Part shown: piece by piece, positions 32,342 through 40,800 of the stretch
Layout: each line of letters opens with the position of its first letter
How positions within the stretch are numbered: position 1 is the stretch's first letter
Translations under genes and position numbers: made by a program
Source: Octopus bimaculoides
Lineage: Eukaryota
Direction of reading: 5' to 3'
NCBI RefSeq assembly: GCF_001194135.2
Contig: NC_068987.1
Coordinates: 11,938,627 to 11,979,426, forward strand
DNA length: 40,800 nucleotides
Notes under the pieces: generated by a model
Told to the model about the DNA's origin: nothing
What the model saw: the letters and a program-made list of their open reading frames with translations, nothing else
Database searches by the model: none

Positions 32342-33676
32342 GAATCATACTTAAAATACATAATAAAATTTATTCTTGCTTTAAATTAGGCTTTTTAACT
32401 CTGAAGAGTGATTCGATAAACAGAAAAGTGTGGTATCTTATGTATAAGAAAGAAGCAATTAAGTTTTCTTCGTTTTCTTTTTAGTATCTGCCTCACCCTT
32501 CTTGGTTTCCTCCCCTCTCTTTATCTCCCTTGAGCTTTATAATTTGTTAAGTATTATTAATTTATTGATTTATTTTAAAACGAAAGACGAAATGTATTTA
32601 TATAAATAATTCAGATACCAATATCGCGATATTGTAATATTGTTGATATAATGCTGCTGGATTCAATTTGTTATGTTGAAGAGAGATTAATCCTCGATAT
32701 TAATGTGTAATTCATCTATAAATAACCGAAAGCTTCTTTGTACATATTAATATAAATAGAGTTAAATTTTCCAAAATATTACAGACACAAACAACGTACC
32801 CCCAACCGCACCTACGCATATGCACACAATACGCCACAGAGACATTCTCGCGAAGTATTTTAATCACCTCTCTCTCCTTGTCTATTTCTCCCTCTGTGTC
32901 TTTCTATATCCGGTTATATCCGGATCTTTAGAAATTCGAAAACACCTTGCAGTGTGTCATATTCACATGAAGGGCAACCTTTCTGACCTAGCCAATTATC
33001 CTCTTGTCGTAACTGACTTTCAATATCCCAGAAGTAATGAAAGTATGTATTTATAACCAACTTGAACACCTTAATGATTAACGCTACAGTTTCCTTAGCA
33101 TCAAATATGTTGGAGTTCTCTTCTATCGCTTTCGTTAACGGACCAAAGATTGGTTTAAATCACTTTTACTACACTGGTCACCAGCAAAGCATGTAACCGT
33201 GCTTGAAAAATGAATCTCTCAGCAAAATGCCTCATCTCTGAGCTCCATCAGACTCACGTCTCATAGATCAACACCTTCCGTTACAAGGCTCAAAGGCATG
33301 TCTGCTGGCAGATTTACCTCTAGCCTATACACTCTATCAACTTTGGTGTGTCATAAAGTTCAGTTTTGACCCTTAAGTTGTTTCTTTTATGCATTGACGG
33401 CTAATTTATCGTCAAAATCCAATAAAGTCCTCATATCTTTCCTCGGTAACACTCTTCATCAAAACATCAATCGTATGGAACCTAGACACTTCACGCCGAA
33501 CCGACACGGACATCGGAAACAAGTGTCGTAGAGTCCGACGAATCTCATAATCTAGCTTTGTGTACTTTCAGGCACATTATCAATAAGTAGAATTTCTCTT
33601 CTGAGACAGTTACCGCTGCGAAGGGTATACAAACGTATTGAATTTAAATGAAACAGATAAGAGAAATGACGTGAGA

Positions 33677-33719
<43 letters not shown>

Positions 33720-34141
33720 CTGTAAAGTTGATGTTTTGGACTACCATGAATCATTCGGAGATTAGTGTGTTATATTACTTCTCAGCAGAATTGTATATAT
33801 GGGTGTACACACGCATATATATTCATATGTGTATTTATTACACGTGCGAATGTTGATGTAATAGCTATCATATAACTGACAAGATTATGAAACAACTGAA
33901 AACGAATCGAATGAAGATCCATTTTCTCACCTCACTTCTCTTATGTGTTCTATTCATGTGCATTCTCTCCGCCATTGTAACTCCTGAATCTTCAGAACAA
34001 GGCGTAGGCTCATCCTAATCTCAACCACGGTCATTTTTGTTACTATGTACATGACGGAGAGCTTCATGTGAGATCTGTTTGATGCTTTGAATCCTTATTA
34101 GTATTATCTCCCCCACCTTTCACTCTCTCTCTACCCCCTCT

Positions 34142-34220
<79 letters not shown>

Positions 34221-34929
34221 ACATAAGCACATAAATAACTTTGCGTCTAAGGAATGTTGCTGAATTACTGAAAGAGGCGACTATTATTTAAGGCGTTCAA
34301 ATTGATACCTCATCAATTAGAAAATTTCCGACAATAAAGTTAATTTTACACCAAATTATAACCATTTTCCCCTTGACAGAGAATTCTGAATCTGTCACCA
34401 TGATCGTAAAAGAAAGACAAACGAAGAGGAAGAGAAATTAATTGAACTATATAATTATATAATTCCAGCATTCTATATAATAGATTACCACACAATAAGC
34501 TATACCAAACAAGTAAGCGGGGTGGATTGTATTTAAATGTGGAAATAAGATTCTATGCATTCAAATATAAAAACGTCTTAGAGATGAAACACGACTATAT
34601 TTGTTTTTTGTTAAGCTATGCAGCTACACAGTATCCCACGATAAAAAACACTATTTTAGAAAGATTTAGAAATGATTTAGAAAGCAAAAAAAAAAAAAAA
34701 AAAAAAAAAAAGAAAAAGAAGCTTTTTAGAACAATTTAGAATAATTTAGTTGTCATCATCAATCAAAAATTTTAGTGGTAGATTTTCGAGTGAACGAAGG
34801 AAGCTGCTACGTTCTCCTTCAGCTTGCTAGATATAACAGCTAAATAGCTGTGAAGTCATACCTTGCTGTATGAAGAAGGTGGAGCTAGTGTGTGTATGTG
34901 TGTGTGTATACGCACACAAATACATACAC

Positions 34930-34977
<48 letters not shown>

Positions 34978-35035
34978 GTCTGTCTGTTTGTCTGTTTGTC
35001 TGTCTGTCTATCTGTCTGTCTGTCTGTCTGTCTGT
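34930..35035 (+). repeat. (TATC)n grading into (TGTC)n
   Basis: Direct reading. Confidence 0.95.
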
Positions 35036-35060
35036 TTCACTGCTTTGATATACATACATA

Positions 35061-35322
35061 CATGGCTCTGGTTACAGCGTCAGGTTCACAATCGTGAGGT
35101 AGTGAGTTTGATTCTTGGACCAGGTTGTGTGTTGTGTTCTTGAGCAAGACACTTTATTTCACATTCCTCCAGTTTCACTCAGCTATAGAAATGATTTGCG
35201 ATGTCACTGGTACCAAGCTGTATTGGCTTTTGCCTTTCCCTTGGATAACATCAGTGGTGTGGAGAGAGGAGGCTGGTATGCATGGGCGATTGCTGGCCTT
35301 CCACAAACAACCTTGCCCGGAC
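35061..35322 (+). mobile_element. tRNA-derived CORE-like SINE (family F), 3'-truncated
   Basis: GAGTTTGATTC B-box-like motif. TGTGTTCTTGAGCAAGACACTTTATTTCAC is shared with the SINE at 14607, but the 3' region differs. Confidence 0.75.
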
Positions 35323-35733
35323 AGCTGTTTCTGATCAAAATTGCCAGAATGCAAATTATACATAAATGCGAGAATAAAATTCTTCATCTTCATAGGGCAT
35401 TCGAATTAAGGCAACCGAACTTCATCAGAGTGAAAAAAAAGAGCATACAATATAAACAAAAGGGAGAAGGAAGAGGTAAGGAAACATGGTTTAGACAAAT
35501 AGTCTAAAAGCCCAAAATGTTAAGTGCACATAATTATTTGTCATCCGAGCTCAAAGAACGCAGATGAAAGAATTTGTATATATATGAGATAGAATTTTGT
35601 ACAAAATTATATATCTTTACTATCATGGATCTAATATACTCTTAAATCCTGTAAAACAAATCTGTGTGTTTTCAACTCTTCTCTCTTTATATATATATAA
35701 ATATAATCTTGGCGAAATCTACTTTACTTCTTA

Positions 35734-35824
35734 CTAGCAGAAATACCCGGCGTTGCCCGGGTTAAAGAGAATAATGAAATCTAAAAACGCCGTCTAGACT
35801 ACGCATCATCTTTATATATAGAGA
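35734..35824 (-). mobile_element. 91-bp mini-Helitron, copy 1
   Basis: Minus strand A|TC ... ACCCGG-GCAACG-CCGGGT hairpin, 7 nt, then CTAG|T. These are canonical Helitron termini and an AT target site. Confidence 0.85.
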
Positions 35825-36302
35825 TGTATATACACACACGCACCCAAACACACGTATATATATGTATATCAATATAAATATATGAAAGTCAATGAAGTTT
35901 CGTAAAAGAAGGCGATCATGTACATACTTTCTTGCTGTTGTGATTATAACACCTCATTGTAAACTATGTTCCTTGTTTTCCCTTGTGGAGCATATACAAA
36001 TAGGTTTTTTGTTGCTGCCCACTCTTGAGCAGCCAACATACAGTTGTCCANNNNNNNNNNNNNNNNNNNNNNNNNNNNNNNNNNNNNNNNNNNNNNNNNN
36101 NNNNNNNNNNNNNNNNNNNNNNNNNNNNNNNNNNNNNNNNNNNNNNNNNNNNNNNNNNNNNNNNNNNNNNNNNNNNNNNNNNNNNNNNNNNNNNNNNNNN
36201 NNNNNNNNNNNNNNNNNNNNNNNNNNNNNNNNNNNNNNNNNNNNNNNNNNNNNNNNNNNNNNNNNNNNNNNNNNNNNNNNNNNNNNNNNNNNNNNNNNNN
36301 NN

Positions 36303-36563
36303 GTCACTACAGTATCGAAATGTGATTGTTTCAGTTAGTGGAATAGTTTCATTTTTAAAGTGAAAGTATTTGACATGAGTGTTTTTGTTTCACTTTTGAC
36401 ACGTAATACTTAAATAGTGGAGGAGATATTATGTTGCCGTGTGCTCGAACTCTGCAAGAAGTTAATAATGTTTTTTGACTAAAACACAACTGGAACACTA
36501 AGTAAGGCATGTGTAAAATTTGAATGAAATTGGTTGCGTAGTTCTCGAGTTTTAGGGATTCAC

Positions 36564-36605
<42 letters not shown>

Positions 36606-36648
36606 CGACAGACAGACAGACACACATTCTCATTTTTATATATATAGA
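36303..36648 (-). mobile_element. 5' portion of a longer non-autonomous Helitron with a (GTCT)n tract; the 3' end lies in or beyond the gap
   Basis: Minus strand starts A|TCTATATATATAAAAATGAGAATGTGTGTCTGTCTG. This TC start followed by a (TA) run and a tetranucleotide tract is typical of non-autonomous Helitrons. Confidence 0.7.
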
Positions 36649-36678
36649 TAATCTTGGCGAAATCTACTTTACTTCTTA

Positions 36679-36769
36679 CTAGCAGAAGTACCCGGCGTTG
36701 CCCAGGTTAAAGAGAATAATGAAATCTAAAAACGCCGTCTAGACTACGCATCATCTTTATATATAGAGA
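36679..36769 (-). mobile_element. 91-bp mini-Helitron, copy 2
   Basis: Two substitutions relative to copy 1, one of which disrupts the hairpin stem. Confidence 0.85.
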
Positions 36770-36837
36770 TGTAAATTCTGGTGTTGCTAAAGTAAAGAAC
36801 TTTATTCCGCATCCTCCTCCTCCTCCTCTTTTTCTTC

Positions 36838-37076
36838 TTCAATGATATAATTACCGTTTCGTTCCTGTATCTTCTGCCGTCTTGTGGGAAAATCCCTTAT
36901 TCCTTGCGCAAGAACGTTCCTGTTTTTGCTAGCGAAAATCACTTCTGGGTGAAGTCGGTCCATTCAATGAATTTTGAGAAAACCGAAACAGGTTAGAATC
37001 TGAAGGCGTAAAGTTGCGCGAATATGTAGGGTGCCGCAAAACTTCTTAGCGGAGCCCCAATAACTTCCGCCACGTT
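36838..37076 (-). pseudogene. Mariner transposase C-terminal relic
   Basis: Minus strand gives KLLGLR*EVLRHPTYSRNFTPSDSNLFRFSQNSLNG and, after a frameshift, LAQGIRDFPTRRQKIQERNGNYII. These match mariner motifs [36 protein letters not shown] and GIxxLPxRWQKxxxxNGxYI. Confidence 0.85.
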
Positions 37077-37173
37077 TTAAATCTGCTTAATAAGTTAGCT
37101 ACTTATTAGGGTGCATTAAGTTTTGTGTCGACAAAAACCGAACGGACATCTTAGCAAATCTAATAAAAATTAG

Positions 37174-37291
37174 AGATTAGACAATCAAATTGAATAATCA
37201 TGTACCCATTTGGTAAAGATTAGACAATCAAATTGAATAACCATATACCTATTTGGTATATGATTATATAATAATCATATACCTATTTGGT
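37174..37291 (+). repeat. About 43-bp tandem repeat, two full units and one partial
   Basis: AGATTAGACAATCAAATTGAATAA..CAT.TACC.ATTTGGT at 37174 and 37217; partial unit at about 37271. Confidence 0.9.
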
Positions 37292-37624
37292 CCTGTATTA
37301 CACGTAGATTTAATGATTCCTTTGAAGTTCACTAAATCTAATCTGCTTGATTTCATTCATTTTGAAAAGAAAACATAACAATAGAAACAGAAAGTTAAAA
37401 CAACCAATCAAAGAAAAGAAGTGAAAGGAAGACATGAATGAAGGCTTAAAACCTGTGTCCTTGCTGCACTGAATAGACTTCGTAATAAAGACAAGTATTT
37501 AACAGAATATATTTAACAGAAAATACTTATAGATATTGTTTTCTCACATAAGTCTATTTGTATAGGAGCAGGCATGGCTATTTGGTTATAGCTACAAGTA
37601 TGGCTCGCTTTGCAAGCCTGTAGT

Positions 37625-37661
37625 TGTTTTACGTTTCGAGCAAAACTCTCCTTCGGAAACA
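37625..37661 (-). ncRNA. Degenerate minimal hammerhead-like motif, probably inactive
   Basis: UGUUU-CCGAAGG-A-GAG-UUUUG-CUC-GAAAC-GU-A-AAACA. Stems I and II and the GAAACGU palindrome are intact, but the core box deviates from CUGANGA at two positions. Confidence 0.45.
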
Positions 37662-37736
37662 GGCGATTTAGGAAAGCCCAAAAGAAAAGGAAGGATGGAA
37701 AAAAATCGCCAATAGTCTACGTAAATATATATATAC

Positions 37737-37815
<79 letters not shown>

Positions 37816-38045
37816 TATATAAAAATATGTATATATATTAGACTACATTATGTGATGTATCCAATATTTTAAAGATATTACAGTTTAATCTAAGTTTGAT
37901 TTTCCTGCGCGTTCTAGCTGATAAAGATTCCCTTCATTAAGCTCACATTTTGCAGTTGGCTGCAAAAAATCGAAACTACATTTTATTAGAGTATCTATGA
38001 AGCAATGACAACTATAACATCAAGGAAAACTACACCATCACATCC

Positions 38046-38047
<2 letters not shown>

Positions 38048-38089
<42 letters not shown>

Positions 38090-38090
38090 G

Positions 38091-38128
<38 letters not shown>

Positions 38129-38181
38129 GCTGCTAATACTGCTGCTGCTACTGCTGCTACTACTGCTGCTGCTGCTGCTAC
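38048..38181 (+). repeat. (CTA)n/(CTG)n trinucleotide field
   Basis: Direct reading. Confidence 0.95.
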
Positions 38182-38385
38182 CGGCTTGCGAGATGAAACC
38201 TCAATGCTTTTGCTCCTGAGCTAAACCAATATCTATTCATATATTGTTATTTTTCATAACGATTTCCTATTTTTATTATTTCATAATCATCCCTTTAGAT
38301 ACGGAAGGATATGAGAAAATAATACACACACAAGTTTTAATATATCCATTCATGTGTGTGTGTGTATATATATATATATACGTAC

Positions 38386-38438
<53 letters not shown>

Positions 38439-39466
38439 NNNNNNNNNNNNNNNNNNNNNNNNNNNNNNNNNNNNNNNNNNNNNNNNNNNNNNNNNNNNNN
38501 NNNNNNNNNNNNNNNNNNNNNNNNNNNNNNNNNNNNNNNNNNNNNNNNNNNNNNNNNNNNNNNNNNNNNNNNNNNNNNNNNNNNNNNNNNNNNNNNNNNN
38601 NNNNNNNNNNNNNNNNNNNNNNNNNNNNNNNNNNNNNNNNNNNNNNNNNNNNNNNNNNNNNNNNNNNNNNNNNNNNNNNNNNNNNNNNNNNNNNNNNNNN
38701 NNNNNNNNNNNNNNNNNNNNNNNNNNNNNNNNNNNNNNNNNNNNNNNNNNNNNNNNNNNNNNNNNNNNNNNNNNNNNNNNNNNNNNNNNNNNNNNNNNNN
38801 NNNNNNNNNNNNNNNNNNNNNNNNNNNNNNNNNNNNNNNNNNNNNNNNNNNNNNNNNNNNNNNNNNNNNNNNNNNNNNNNNNNNNNNNNNNNNNNNNNNN
38901 NNNNNNNNNNNNNNNNNNNNNNNNNNNNNNNNNNNNNNNNNNNNNNNNNNNNNNNNNNNNNNNNNNNNNNNNNNNNNNNNNNNNNNNNNNNNNNNNNNNN
39001 NNNNNNNNNNNNNNNNNNNNNNNNNNNNNNNNNNNNNNNNNNNNNNNNNNNNNNNNNNNNNNNNNNNNNNNNNNNNNNNNNNNNNNNNNNNNNNNNNNNN
39101 NNNNNNNNNNNNNNNNNNNNNNNNNNNNNNNNNNNNNNNNNNNNNNNNNNNNNNNNNNNNNNNNNNNNNNNNNNNNNNNNNNNNNNNNNNNNNNNNNNNN
39201 NNNNNNNNNNNNNNNNNNNNNNNNNNNNNNNNNNNNNNNNNNNNNNNNNNNNNNNNNNNNNNNNNNNNNNNNNNNNNNNNNNNNNNNNNNNNNNNNNNNN
39301 NNNNNNNNNNNNNNNNNNNNNNNNNNNNNNNNNNNNNNNNNNNNNNNNNNNNNNNNNNNNNNNNNNNNNNNNNNNNNNNNNNNNNNNNNNNNNNNNNNNN
39401 NNNNNNNNNNNNNNNNNNNNNNNNNNNNNNNNNNNATGTATGTATGTATATATATATATATATATA

Positions 39467-39593
39467 CAGAGTGTCCACAAGGTCTGGGTACATGGAGTAA
39501 ATTAAATCATAACATAAACAATTAAATATAAGAAATAATAATTTCTTAAAGGATGTGTTAATCCCCATGTGCCCAGACTTTGTGGACACCCTG
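39467..39593. mobile_element. Tc1/mariner-type MITE, 127 bp
   Basis: TA target duplication. 29-bp TIRs at 39467-39495 and 39565-39593 match at 26/29 (CAG(A/G)GTGTCCACAA...). Confidence 0.9.
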
Positions 39594-40517
39594 TACATAG
39601 GTGAAAAGGGGTTAATTGAAATATTATTCTGTATGTTTATGTACAAGATGATATGACTCTGAAGTTTCTATAACTTTACTTGCAGTTTTCCCCTCAGGTC
39701 TATTACAAACGAGTAGAACAAAGATTTTCAGCCATTTAAATGCACACGTCTTCTGTTACACCGTTATTTTGACAATCAAAATAAACGCCTACCACTAACA
39801 AGTTCATTTTCTCCCTAATTACGTTTTGTGTAGATTTGATAGGTGTTGTTAGCAATATTCAGGGGATAGGGAACGATGATGTTAAAAGTAAGTAATTAAT
39901 TAGTCAGTTAATTAATTTTATTTTACTTTATGTTTTTTTTATATGTTTTCTTTCAAAAATAGATATATATTTTCTCGTTTTTGTTGTTTATAAATGACAA
40001 GATTAAATGTTCAATAAAGGCTCAAGCAATTAATAATTAATAATAGTCAAAAATTAATTATATATTTATGTAGAAGAGACGCACGCACACACAAACACGC
40101 GCTCGCACGCATCATATTTAGCGTGTTTATACAATGAGACAATAAAAAGGCGGTATTCATCTTGAATACAGCGAAGGGATTGAAAACGAGGGAGAGAGAA
40201 AGATAAGAAGCATAGAGAGAAAGGGCGGATGAGAGAAAGAAAGAAGGTATAAGTAAAAGCAAAAAATGAGGAGCGTTTTGAAATGGTCGGTCAGCTGACG
40301 CATATACTGAAACCAAAGAGATTGGATGTATCGTCAGCTGCCTAAATATGGACATTGATCCTCTGTTATATAAAGCAGTAAAAAGTTCCCTGATGATCTG
40401 CTGTGGTTCAGCATCTAAATGCACTTAGAACATCCAATGTAGGGTTCCAAAAACAATCGTAATGATGAAATATACGTAGGAAGAAATCCTATTCACTTGT
40501 GTTCATCGTGGTCTCAC

Positions 40518-40570
40518 CTACAATTGGCTCGTATACGTTATCTAGTAATACCATTAAGTATTGAAATTGC
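40518..40570 (-). CDS. Candidate 53-nt internal exon (QFQYLMVLLDNVYEPIV), gene unknown
   Basis: Minus strand CTAAT-TTGCTGTGTTCAG acceptor and AG|GTGAGA donor, with a single open frame. No homology is recognised. Confidence 0.3.
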
Positions 40571-40660
40571 CTGAACACAGCAAATTAGATGATGATAATC
40601 TACGTGGAGCTCAAACCTTAACAGTGTTTACATACGCAACGACACACACACACACACACT

Positions 40661-40661
<1 letters not shown>

Positions 40662-40735
<74 letters not shown>

Positions 40736-40741
40736 CCTATC

Positions 40742-40800
<59 letters not shown>
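40662..40800 (+). repeat. (TATC)n microsatellite running to the window end
   Basis: Direct reading. Confidence 0.97.

Noticed and set aside
33050-33560. Higher-complexity stretch that might be a decayed coding element
   Set aside because: The minus-strand translation I tried has many stops and no recognisable motif.
35400-35435. CTGATGA on the minus strand here, and other CTGANGA hits at about 14111, 32401 and 40391
   Set aside because: No correctly placed GAAA box or closing stems, so these are not hammerheads.
2426-39646. Long ORFs in the track that span N-runs or consist of YI/CV/HT/ER repeats
   Set aside because: Artefacts of assembly gaps and microsatellites, with no protein information.
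39698-39785. Possible plus-strand terminal exon (CCCCTCAG acceptor, VYYKRVEQRFSAI*, AATAAA)
   Set aside because: Short and without homology support; such signals are common in AT-rich DNA.
40292-40341. CAGCTGACG/CGTCAGCTG inverted repeat enclosing GAAAC
   Set aside because: The core reads CTGACGC, stem II cannot form, and it is only a 9-bp inverted repeat.

Overview
This is AT-rich, repeat-saturated animal genomic DNA from a gapped short-read assembly. It has 12 N-runs, most of them abutting microsatellites. The SINE families and microsatellite load look like an octopus genome; that is inferred from recalled repeat sequences, not from a search. No intact protein-coding gene is recognisable, and almost all listed ORFs are artefacts of N-runs or simple repeats. 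The window is a mosaic of: (i) two abundant tRNA-derived SINE families, called A (about 10 copies) and B (about 20 copies, often in same-strand clusters), plus several rarer CORE-like SINEs; (ii) decayed or non-autonomous DNA transposons (Tigger/pogo deletion derivative, mariner relic, Tc1/mariner, piggyBac and MULE/hAT-like MITEs, a foldback element, Helitrons); (iii) two LINE 3' fragments, one of which encodes C2H2 zinc fingers. The most interesting signals are a complete minimal type I hammerhead ribozyme inside a short repeat (3317-3362, minus strand), two further hammerhead-like motifs, a CCA-ending tRNA-like cassette bracketed by 106-bp direct repeats (4428-4850), a duplicated mini-Helitron block, several long hairpins and one candidate 53-nt exon. 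Repeat boundaries were read by eye and are approximate unless TSDs or TIRs are quoted.
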